25,505 nucleotides of DNA, taken from positions 1 to 25,505 of the forward strand of contig CAZKIR010000001.1 of assembly GCA_964552835.1 (NCBI GenBank). Direction: 5' to 3'. A model generated the notes under the pieces. It ran no database searches. It worked only from the letters and a program-made list of their open reading frames with translations, and was not told the DNA's origin. Positions 14,109 to 22,279 of the stretch are shown piece by piece. Position numbers and translations under genes: made by a program. Source of the DNA: an uncultured Bacteroidales bacterium (GTDB taxonomy: Bacteria; Bacteroidota; Bacteroidia; Bacteroidales; CAYFUP01). Positions within the stretch are counted from its first letter, which is position 1. The number at the start of each line of letters is the position of its first letter.

Positions 14109-17100
14109 ATGGATTATAAATTATTGTACAGGCCTGAAGGCGGGCCTGCCTTCAGGCTTGTCACATTCATGTTTTTCTGCATGGCCATCTCTTACACTTA
14201 TGGCCAAACCAGTAAACCCGTCAAAATTAACTGGTCTGAAAGCCCTGGCATACTACCATTCGAAGAGGCACAACCAGACATGGAAACTAACCTGCCAAGG
14301 TACTTCAAGCTAATCCCCATCCAGGGCCATTCAAAACCTTATGCACGCCTGGAAGGGCAAAAGTGGAAAGAAGCCAGCGAAAAATGGCAAACCTTCCTTG
14401 AAAAAAACAAAAAAATCCCGAATAACTTTATTCACGAGGTAAAAATCCAAACCCGGCGAAAACAGGAATACATTTCCATCAACATGCTCCCTGTCCGTGA
14501 AGGGGAAGATGGAAAAATATATCTCCTGGAAGAATTCTCTATAAACCTTCAGGAAAAAAGTGTTAAAAAACTAAAAACAACCCGAGAAGCATATACGCGA
14601 AATTCCGTGCTGAGCACCGGTAAGTGGGTAAAAATAGAAATCAAAGAATCCGGTATTTACAAGCTTAACCATGAAGATATAAAAGAAATGGGGTTTTCTG
14701 ATCCATCGAAAATAAGGCTATTCGGGAACGGCGGCAAACAAATTCCCTGGGGGCCACATCAGGAAACATTAGATGATTTAAAAGAAAATGCCATTTGGAT
14801 GGAGAAAGGAAGCGACAATTCGTTTGGGGAAGGTGATTACATTTTATTCTACGCGGAAGGCCCGGTAACATGGAAATACGATTCGGCAAACGCCATGTTT
14901 GTACATCATATGCACGATTACGCGAATGCATCATATTATTTCCTGACCACAGATGTTGGCACCGGAAAAAAAATACAAACCCTTTCATCCAGCGACTTGC
15001 CCTATAACAAGCAAGTAAACAGCTTTGATGATTACGCGTACCATGAAGAAAACTATTATAACATGATTGGCTCGGGAAGGGAATGGTATGGTGAAGAATT
15101 TGATTTAAACACCAGTTATTCTTTTCCATTTAATTTCCCGGACCTTGTCACAAGTGATTCCCTGAAGGTTAAAATCAAAGCTATAAGCCATTCAGAAGTA
15201 AATGGCAAATTTACCTTCCTGATCAATAATAAACAAGTTGGGGAATTAACTATACCTTCCATCTCTAACTATGGTACCACCACGGGAACCTATGCCAACC
15301 CTGGCACCTCCGTTTTCCCTGCCACAGCGAACACCCCAACTTTTATCCTTGATATAAATTATAGTAAGCCCCAGGCCAAATCTAAAGGGTACCTTGACTT
15401 CATTACCGTGAATGCCCGTAGGGACTTGCGATTTTCACCAGGTCAAACCCTGGCTTTCAGGGACACGCGAAGTGCAGGAAATGGCAACACCAGCCAGTTT
15501 CTTCTGGAAAATGCCAACGAAAGTGTACAGGTCTGGGAAATTACTGAAATAACCAACGTGAAAAAGATAGCCACGAGAAAAATTGGCACTAAGCTCTCGT
15601 TTCAATTACAGACCGAAACCCTGAGAGAATTTATTGCTTTCCCAGGTTCAGGTTTTAAAAAACCGAAAATCCTGGGGGAAATTGAAAATCAAAACCTTCA
15701 TTCACATGAAAACCTAGATTACGTGATCGTTTCCCATCCGGATTTTTTAAAAGAAGCTGAACGCTTAGGCGATTTTCACGAGAAAAACCACCAGCTAAAA
15801 GTTGCTGTGGTTACTACCGTGGAGGTATACAATGAGTTTTCATCGGGCAAACCGAGTGCCGGGGCCATTCGCGACTACATGAAAATGTTATACGACCGGG
15901 GGGCGGACGAAACAAGCGGGTTAAAATACCTGTTGTTATTTGGTGACGGCTCTTACGATAACAAAACCGATGACCCGGGCAATACCAACTTTATCCCTAC
16001 CTATCAGTCAAGCAATTCACTGGATTATGCAGGTTCTTACGTGACAGATGATTTTTTTGGCTTGCTTGATGAAGGGGAAGATGTTAAAGACGGGCTCGTG
16101 GACATTGGAATCGGGCGCTTTCCGGTGTCCGGTGCAAACGAGGCATCAAACATGGTAGACAAGGTCATTGCATATCATCAAGAAAGCGTGAAAAGCGATT
16201 GGAGAAACCAACTTTGTTTTATTGGTGATGACGAAGACGGGAACACCCACATGAAACAAGCCAACGACCTGGCGCAATACGTGCAAAATAAGTACCCGGT
16301 ATTCAACATCAATAAAATATTCCTGGATGCCTTTCCTCAAGTTTCCACCTCCGTTGGCGAGAAATACCCGGATGTAAACCAATCCATCAACAACCAGGTG
16401 CGAAAAGGTGCCTTGATCATGAACTACACCGGCCATGGCGGTGAATTGGGACTGGCACACGAGCAAATACTTGGGGTCGACGAGATCAATTCCTGGGACA
16501 ACATGGACAAGCTGCCACTATTCGTGACGGCGACCTGTGAATTCAGCCGGTTTGACGATATGGAAAGGACCTCGGCCGGGGAAAAGGTACTCTTGAACCA
16601 TGGTGGCGGCGGTATTGCCTTGTTAACTACCACGAGGGTAGTATATGCACATTTGAATTTTGACCTAAATTTAAATTTTTACAAGGTCGTGTTTGAAAAT
16701 GATAACAGCCCTTATCCATACAGGCTGGGCGATATAACGCGCCTTACCAAGAACCAATCTGCCAAAAGCATTAACAAAAGAAACTTTACCTTGCTCGGGG
16801 ATCCCGCCGTACAGCTAACTTATCCCAAGCATAAAGTGATTACCGATTCCATTAATGGCATTCCGGTTTCTTCCTTTTCTGATACCTTGAAAGCTTTATC
16901 AATAACACGGGTATCAGGTCATTTAGAAAATCAAAACGGGCAAAGTTTTAAACGTTTTAATGGCATACTTTACCCTACCGTGTTTGATAAGCCCAGCGAA
17001 ATAACCACCTTGCAAAATGACGGGGGCACTGCCTTTCAGTTTAAAATCAGGAATAGCATCCTTTACAAGGGAAAAGCAAGCGTGAAAAACGGAAGGTTTT

Positions 17101-17906
17101 CCTTCGAATTCATCCTGCCCAAGGATATTTCCTACCAATTTGGCCCCGGCAAGGTCAGTTATTATGGGGTAGGCAACCAGGAAGAGGCTTGCGGTTACAT
17201 GGACACCCTTACCATTGGCGGTTCGGCGGAAGGGGAATTGAACGATTCAACTGGCCCGGAAATTGAATTATACATGAACGATGAAAACTTCGTGTACGGG
17301 GGCATAACCGATGAAAGCCCCTATATTTACGCCGTGGTAAAAGACAGCAACGGGATAAACACCTCGGGCAACGGAATTGGTCATGACATTACCGCCATAC
17401 TAGACAATAATACCAATAACGTTCACGTTTTAAATGACTATTACGAGGCAGACCTGAACACTTATAAAAGTGGCAAGGTGAAATACCGCTTGTCTGATTT
17501 AAAGCCAGGGAACCATAGTTTAAAACTAAAAGTTTGGGACATCGTGAACAACTCGAGCGAACAATACACGGAGTTCGTGGTGGCCGAATCAGCCAAACTG
17601 GCCTTGAAAAGGGTCTTGAATTACCCGAACCCGTTTACCGAACGCACGGCCTTTTATTTCGAACACAACCACCCGGGCGAAGAACTAGACTTGCTCATCC
17701 AGGTTTTCACGGTATCGGGCAAGCTCGTGAAAAGCATTGAAACCACGTTAAGTTCAACGGGTTTCAGGGAAGGCCCCTTCTACTGGGACGGGCTGGACGA
17801 TTTTGGCGACCAGATTGGCCGCGGGGTATATATTTACCGGGTAAAACTCAGGGGCCAAGATAACCAGGTGGCCGAAAAATACGAAAAACTCGTTATCTTA
17901 AAATAA
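14109..17906 (+). CDS. porU: T9SS sortase/C-terminal signal peptidase PorU (peptidase C25)
   Basis: NSVLSTGKWVKIEIKESGIYKL, YLLLFGDGSYD, DIGIGRFPV. Catalytic His in NYTGHGG (codon 16434) and Cys in TATCEF (codon 16536). Type-A CTD NYPNPF...YIYRVKL...KLVILK. ATG 14109 is preferred to the ORF-track GTG 14082. Confidence 0.96.
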   Translation: MDYKLLYRPEGGPAFRLVTFMFFCMAISYTYGQTSKPVKINWSESPGILPFEEAQPDMETNLPRYFKLIPIQGHSKPYARLEGQKWKEASEKWQTFLEKNKKIPNNFIHEVKIQTRRKQEYISINMLPVREGEDGKIYLLEEFSINLQEKSVKKLKTTREAYTRNSVLSTGKWVKIEIKESGIYKLNHEDIKEMGFSDPSKIRLFGNGGKQIPWGPHQETLDDLKENAIWMEKGSDNSFGEGDYILFYAEGPVTWKYDSANAMFVHHMHDYANASYYFLTTDVGTGKKIQTLSSSDLPYNKQVNSFDDYAYHEENYYNMIGSGREWYGEEFDLNTSYSFPFNFPDLVTSDSLKVKIKAISHSEVNGKFTFLINNKQVGELTIPSISNYGTTTGTYANPGTSVFPATANTPTFILDINYSKPQAKSKGYLDFITVNARRDLRFSPGQTLAFRDTRSAGNGNTSQFLLENANESVQVWEITEITNVKKIATRKIGTKLSFQLQTETLREFIAFPGSGFKKPKILGEIENQNLHSHENLDYVIVSHPDFLKEAERLGDFHEKNHQLKVAVVTTVEVYNEFSSGKPSAGAIRDYMKMLYDRGADETSGLKYLLLFGDGSYDNKTDDPGNTNFIPTYQSSNSLDYAGSYVTDDFFGLLDEGEDVKDGLVDIGIGRFPVSGANEASNMVDKVIAYHQESVKSDWRNQLCFIGDDEDGNTHMKQANDLAQYVQNKYPVFNINKIFLDAFPQVSTSVGEKYPDVNQSINNQVRKGALIMNYTGHGGELGLAHEQILGVDEINSWDNMDKLPLFVTATCEFSRFDDMERTSAGEKVLLNHGGGGIALLTTTRVVYAHLNFDLNLNFYKVVFENDNSPYPYRLGDITRLTKNQSAKSINKRNFTLLGDPAVQLTYPKHKVITDSINGIPVSSFSDTLKALSITRVSGHLENQNGQSFKRFNGILYPTVFDKPSEITTLQNDGGTAFQFKIRNSILYKGKASVKNGRFSFEFILPKDISYQFGPGKVSYYGVGNQEEACGYMDTLTIGGSAEGELNDSTGPEIELYMNDENFVYGGITDESPYIYAVVKDSNGINTSGNGIGHDITAILDNNTNNVHVLNDYYEADLNTYKSGKVKYRLSDLKPGNHSLKLKVWDIVNNSSEQYTEFVVAESAKLALKRVLNYPNPFTERTAFYFEHNHPGEELDLLIQVFTVSGKLVKSIETTLSSTGFREGPFYWDGLDDFGDQIGRGVYIYRVKLRGQDNQVAEKYEKLVILK

Positions 17907-17930
17907 ATTGGGATAATTTATCAATTTAAA

Positions 17931-17938
17931 TAATTTTG
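17931..17938 (+). promoter_or_regulatory. -7 element TAATTTTG, an internal promoter for porV
   Basis: Exact TAnnTTTG followed by CA, in the 52-nt porU-porV gap. Confidence 0.55.
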
Positions 17939-17958
17939 CACACTTACATAATCATTGG

Positions 17959-19191
17959 ATGAGTATTTTTAGAATGAAAAAAAGCTTTTTATTAATCATT
18001 GTAAGCTGCATGCTAGCAGCGGTCCTCCAGGGACAAGAATTAAATGAAGGGGAATTAGCGGGGGGGGAATTAAACAATATCCAAACAGCCGTGCCCTTCT
18101 TGACCATTGCCCCCGATTCCCGTGCCGGGGCCATGGGCGACGTGGGCGTGGCCACCTCGCCCGATATCAACTCCATGCACTGGAACCCGGCAAAATATGC
18201 CTTTATCGAAGGGGATATTGGCGGGGGCCTATCTTACACCCCATGGCTCAGGCAACTGGTAAATGACATTAACCTGGCATACTTGACAGGTTACAAGAAA
18301 ATTGATAAATACCAAACCTTAGCTGCCTCACTACTGTATTTTTCCCTGGGCGAAATCACGTATACAAGGACTGATGGTACAGAAATCAGGCCTGGTAACC
18401 CGAATGAATTCGCGATTGACGCGGCTTATTCCAGGGTATTCACCAGTAACTTCTCAAGTGCAATTGCCTTCCGGTACATTTATTCAGACCTCTCGGGCGG
18501 GGCACCATCTAGCGGGGGCACGGAAACACGGCCCGGCATGTCAGTAGCCGTGGACGTGGCTTCTTATTACCGGAACAGCCTGAAAATTGATAACAAGGAT
18601 GCCGAGCTGGCTATCGGTTTAAATATCTCGAATGTCGGGAACAAAATCGAATATTCAGAATCTGAAATTTTTATCCCCACCAACATGCGACTGGGAACAA
18701 ACCTGGCCATTGAACTGGATCCCTATAATTCCATGAACTTTTCAGTGGATTTTAATAAACTGCTCGTACCAACAAACCCTGAATATTATTCAGATTCGCT
18801 TAACCAGAATGGTGAAAAAATTGTAAAGTGGGGAAAGGGCAATCAGGATGATAACGTGCCGGTGGCCATGCTCAAGTCTTTTTATGATGCCCCGGGATGG
18901 GGAAATGAGCAAGGGGAAAAAGAAAAATACAGTACCCTGATCGAGGAACTGCGCGAGGTAACCGTGGGGCTAGGCACAGAATACTGGTATACCGGGCAAT
19001 TTGCCATTCGCGGTGGATATTTCTACGAGCATGCTACCAAGGGGAACCGCAAGTTCTTTAGCGTGGGCGTGGGATTGAAACTGAATGTTTTTAACCTTGA
19101 CGTGTCGTATTTGATTTCCAGAAAACAAGACCCCTTGTCCAACACGATAAGGTTTAGCTTATTATTTGATGTAAACCCCGAATTACAATAA
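17959..19191 (+). CDS. porV: T9SS outer-membrane shuttle protein PorV (LptO); alternative start ATG 17974
   Basis: TAVPFLTIAPDSRAGAMGDVGVATSPD, HWNPAKYAF, SYTPWLRQLVNDI, NPNEFAIDAAYSR, KGNRKFFSVG.G, NTIRFSLLF; directly after porU. Confidence 0.96.
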   Translation: MSIFRMKKSFLLIIVSCMLAAVLQGQELNEGELAGGELNNIQTAVPFLTIAPDSRAGAMGDVGVATSPDINSMHWNPAKYAFIEGDIGGGLSYTPWLRQLVNDINLAYLTGYKKIDKYQTLAASLLYFSLGEITYTRTDGTEIRPGNPNEFAIDAAYSRVFTSNFSSAIAFRYIYSDLSGGAPSSGGTETRPGMSVAVDVASYYRNSLKIDNKDAELAIGLNISNVGNKIEYSESEIFIPTNMRLGTNLAIELDPYNSMNFSVDFNKLLVPTNPEYYSDSLNQNGEKIVKWGKGNQDDNVPVAMLKSFYDAPGWGNEQGEKEKYSTLIEELREVTVGLGTEYWYTGQFAIRGGYFYEHATKGNRKFFSVGVGLKLNVFNLDVSYLISRKQDPLSNTIRFSLLFDVNPELQ

Positions 19192-19193
19192 AC

Positions 19194-19682
19194 ATGAATT
19201 TCCGTACCGGCCTGGGATATGATGTACACCGACTGGCACCCGGAGAAGAACTCTGGCTGGGTGGTATTCGAATAGACCACACCATGGGCTGCGTGGCACA
19301 TTCCGATGGCGACGTGCTTATTCACGCTATATGCGATGCCCTACTGGGAGCGGTTGGCGAAAGGGACATCGGCTACCATTTCCCGGACACGGATAACTCT
19401 TTTAAAAACATAGACAGCAAGATTTTGTTGGCCAAAACCATGGAAACGATCCGCTCGAAAGGTTTTGAAATTTCCAACGTGGATACGGTCCTTTGCCTTC
19501 AAAAACCAAAAATAAGCCCTTTAATCCCTGGCATGCAGGAAACCATCGCGAAGGTAATGGACATCCAAAAAGAGCAAGTAAATATCAAGGCCACTACTAC
19601 CGAGAAGCTCGGGTTCGTGGGGCAAGAAAAAGGAATTGCCGCGTATGCCACTTGCCTGGTTTATAAATTCGAAAAAAAATAA
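19194..19682 (+). CDS. ispF: 2-C-methyl-D-erythritol 2,4-cyclodiphosphate synthase
   Basis: RTGLGYDVHRL, HSDGDVLIHAICDALLGA, DIGYHFPD, NIKATTTEKLGFVG. Confidence 0.98.
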   Translation: MNFRTGLGYDVHRLAPGEELWLGGIRIDHTMGCVAHSDGDVLIHAICDALLGAVGERDIGYHFPDTDNSFKNIDSKILLAKTMETIRSKGFEISNVDTVLCLQKPKISPLIPGMQETIAKVMDIQKEQVNIKATTTEKLGFVGQEKGIAAYATCLVYKFEKK

Positions 19683-19689
19683 AATCATT

Positions 19690-20046
19690 TTGAAAGTAAT
19701 TGTTCTCGGCGCAAGCCCAAAGCCCAACCGTTATTCCTACCAGGCCGTTATTAGCCTGGCACGTGCAGGTTACGAGGTAATCCCGCTTGGCAACCGGGAA
19801 AACATCATTGAAGACCGTGTCATCCGTACCGACAAACCCATGCTTGATGACGTGGACACGGTAACCATGTACCTGAACCCCAGTAGACAAGAAGGCGTAA
19901 AAGAATACATTTACGGCTTAAAACCCCGCAGGGTTATTTTTAACCCGGGCACTTACCACCCTGAATTTATGGCAAGCCTAAAAAAACGTGGCATACAAGT
20001 TATTCAGGATTGCGTGTTGATGATGCTAAGCAGCAACCAATTTTAA
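19690..20046 (+). CDS. CoA-binding domain protein (YccU-like Rossmann fold)
   Basis: KVIVLGASPKPNRYSY, DVDTVTMYLNP, PRRVIFNPGT, CVLMML. The TTG start at 19690, 7 nt after ispF, is preferred to the ORF-track start that overlaps ispF. Confidence 0.88.
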   Translation: MKVIVLGASPKPNRYSYQAVISLARAGYEVIPLGNRENIIEDRVIRTDKPMLDDVDTVTMYLNPSRQEGVKEYIYGLKPRRVIFNPGTYHPEFMASLKKRGIQVIQDCVLMMLSSNQF

Positions 20047-20047
20047 C

Positions 20048-20380
20048 ATGGTACCAGTAATAAACAACACGGGCGAATACTTGAAGGCATTGGAAGAAAA
20101 CCCTGCCTGCTTATTCTATTTTTCACATGAAAATTGCAATGTATGCAAGACCCTTAAGCCCAAGACAGAAAATCTCATCCAAGAAAAATTTCCAAAAATA
20201 AGCCTGTTTTATGTCAACATCGTGAAAAACCCGGGCATTTCGGGCAAAACAGGTATATTTGCCGCCCCTACCCTTGTTTTGTACCTCCAGGGAAAGGAAT
20301 CCCTCCGAAAAAGCCGCAATTTTTCATTGCAAGAATTTGAACAAGAACTGGACCGATTATACTCGATATTTTTCAACTAA
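20048..20380 (+). CDS. Thioredoxin-fold protein (CNVC)
   Basis: LFYFSHENCNVCKTLKPK CxxC motif and cis-Pro loop FAAPTL; no signal peptide. Confidence 0.88.
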   Translation: MVPVINNTGEYLKALEENPACLFYFSHENCNVCKTLKPKTENLIQEKFPKISLFYVNIVKNPGISGKTGIFAAPTLVLYLQGKESLRKSRNFSLQEFEQELDRLYSIFFN

Positions 20381-20384
20381 TTTA

Positions 20385-20392
20385 TATCTTTG
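20385..20392 (+). promoter_or_regulatory. -7 element TATCTTTG for lemA
   Basis: Exact TAnnTTTG, 26 nt before the lemA ATG. Confidence 0.55.
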
Positions 20393-20418
20393 AAAAAATA
20401 AAAAATCAAAACCGAAAG

Positions 20419-21021
20419 ATGAAAACAAGAAACAGGAAATCATGGATAACCATCGGGATCATTGCCCTGTTGGCAATTATTTTTTACTCCTCGATTAAAG
20501 GGACCTATAATAAAATGGTAGGCTTGAGCGAGCAAGTAGAGAAACAATGGTCGGACGTGGAAAACGTGTACCAAAGAAGGGCGGATTTGATCCCCAACCT
20601 GGTAAACACGGTAAAAGGCTATGCCGAGTTCGAGAAAGAAACCCTGACGCAAGTGATTGAAGCCAGGGCCAAGGCCACCTCCACTAACATTAACCCCGAA
20701 AACTTGGATGCACAAGCGCTACAAAAATTCCAACAAGCCCAATCGGGACTAGGTTCAGCTTTGTCGAGGCTAATGGTGGTGGTAGAACGCTACCCGGAGC
20801 TCAAGGCAAACCAGAATTTCCTTGATTTACAAGCCCAGCTTGAAGGAACGGAAAACCGGATAGCGGTGGAAAGGCGCAAGTTTAACGAGGCCGCCAGGCA
20901 GTATAACACCTATATCCGGCAGTTCCCGAAAAATATTTACGCGAACATGTTCGATTTTGAGAAAAAACCTTACTTCGAAGCCGATCAAGGCGCCGAAGAA
21001 GCACCAAAAGTAGCATTCTAA
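20419..21021 (+). CDS. lemA: LemA-family protein
   Basis: N-terminal transmembrane helix, WSDVENVYQRRADLIPNLVNTVKGYA, ERYPELKANQNFLDLQAQLEGTENRIAVER. Confidence 0.95.
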   Translation: MKTRNRKSWITIGIIALLAIIFYSSIKGTYNKMVGLSEQVEKQWSDVENVYQRRADLIPNLVNTVKGYAEFEKETLTQVIEARAKATSTNINPENLDAQALQKFQQAQSGLGSALSRLMVVVERYPELKANQNFLDLQAQLEGTENRIAVERRKFNEAARQYNTYIRQFPKNIYANMFDFEKKPYFEADQGAEEAPKVAF

Positions 21022-21023
21022 TT

Positions 21024-21479
21024 ATGGGACCAGCCGATACATTCACCAAAGAAGAAAAACAAAAAATTACCGGGGCCATCCGTGATGCCGAACTGAATAC
21101 CTCGGGGGAAATACGAGTGCATATTGAAGACCAGTGCAAGGTTGACGTGCTTGACCGGGCAGCATATATCTTCAAAAGCTTGAAAATGCACGAAACCGAA
21201 CTGCGCAACGGGGTGTTATTTTACCTGTCCTTGAAAAACCGGAAATTCGCGATCCTCGGTGATGCCGGGATCAACAAGGTGACCCCGGAAGATTTCTGGG
21301 ACGGGATAAAAAACAAAATGCTTTCTTTTTTCAAGGAAGGCAAATTGGCAGAAGGCCTGGCGAAAGGGATCAGCCTGACAGGCCATGCACTAAAAGCCCA
21401 TTTTCCATATAAAACAGGGGATGTAAATGAATTATCTGATGATATTTCCTTTGGTCCGCCCGATAACAAAAACAAGTAG
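21024..21479 (+). CDS. TPM-domain protein (soluble)
   Basis: AIRDAELNTSGEIRVHIE, RNGVLFY, FAILGDAGIN, HFPY...D.NELSD. Confidence 0.9.
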   Translation: MGPADTFTKEEKQKITGAIRDAELNTSGEIRVHIEDQCKVDVLDRAAYIFKSLKMHETELRNGVLFYLSLKNRKFAILGDAGINKVTPEDFWDGIKNKMLSFFKEGKLAEGLAKGISLTGHALKAHFPYKTGDVNELSDDISFGPPDNKNK

Positions 21480-21482
21480 ATC

Positions 21483-22274
21483 ATGCACAAGCTATTTATA
21501 AAACAAGTTTTTCTTGCCTTATTTCTTTTTCCCATTTTATCCTATGCCCAGGAACTGCCCGAGCGGCCAAAACCACCCATGCTGGTCAACGATTTTGCCG
21601 GTTTGCTATCCCCTTCCGAGGCACAGGCCCTGGAACAAAAACTAGTCCAGTTTGATCGGCAAACCTCAACTCAGCTTGCCATCGTAATCCTAAAAAACTT
21701 GTACGGCTATGAAATATCCGACCTGGCCTTTCAGCTAGGAGAAAAATGGGGCATCGGGCAAAAAAAATTCGATAACGGTGCCCTTATCCTGGTAAAACCC
21801 AAAACCGGCAATGCCAGGGGAAGGGTTTTTATTGCCACTGGCTACGGGCTCGAAGGCACAGTACCAGATGCCGTGGCCAACCGGATTGTTGAACACGAGA
21901 TCATCCCGCGGTTCAAGCAAAATAAATACTACCAGGGCCTTGACAAAGCCACTTCCACCCTGATGGAGCTGACCCGTGGCGAGTACACTGCCCAGGAATA
22001 CTACCAAGCCACCAAGGAAGGCGGGGGCATCCCTTTATTTGCCATTATTTTTATCTTATTTGCCATATTTAGCATCTTCGGTGGCCGCAGGAAAGCCCGT
22101 CATTCGTCCATGGGCCATGGCTTGCCATTTTGGGTGCTGCTCACGATGCTCGGCTCCTCCTCGCGTTCACAAGCTGGCAGTTTTGGCCATTTCTCGTCAG
22201 GTAGCGGCGGTGGTGGCTTTGGCGGTTTTGGCGGGGGCAGTTTTGGCGGGGGCGGTGCTGGCGGAAGCTGGTAA
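21483..22274 (+). CDS. TPM-domain membrane protein with a Gly-rich tail
   Basis: Signal peptide, VNDFAGLLS, TSTQLAIV, WGIGQKKFDNGALIL, IATGYGLEG.VPD, a transmembrane helix, and tail FGGFGGGSFGGGGAGGSW. Confidence 0.93.
   Translation: MHKLFIKQVFLALFLFPILSYAQELPERPKPPMLVNDFAGLLSPSEAQALEQKLVQFDRQTSTQLAIVILKNLYGYEISDLAFQLGEKWGIGQKKFDNGALILVKPKTGNARGRVFIATGYGLEGTVPDAVANRIVEHEIIPRFKQNKYYQGLDKATSTLMELTRGEYTAQEYYQATKEGGGIPLFAIIFILFAIFSIFGGRRKARHSSMGHGLPFWVLLTMLGSSSRSQAGSFGHFSSGSGGGGFGGFGGGSFGGGGAGGSW
22201..22271 (+). repeat. Low-complexity Gly-codon repeat within the TPM gene
   Basis: GGC/GGT-rich run including two TTTTGGCGGGGGC copies; it encodes the Gly-rich tail. Confidence 0.6.
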
Positions 22275-22279
22275 AGTTA

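Noticed and set aside
19636-19689. ORF-track start of the CoA-binding protein overlapping ispF by 47 nt
   Set aside because: Family similarity begins at KVIVLGAS, and an in-frame TTG at 19690 avoids the overlap.
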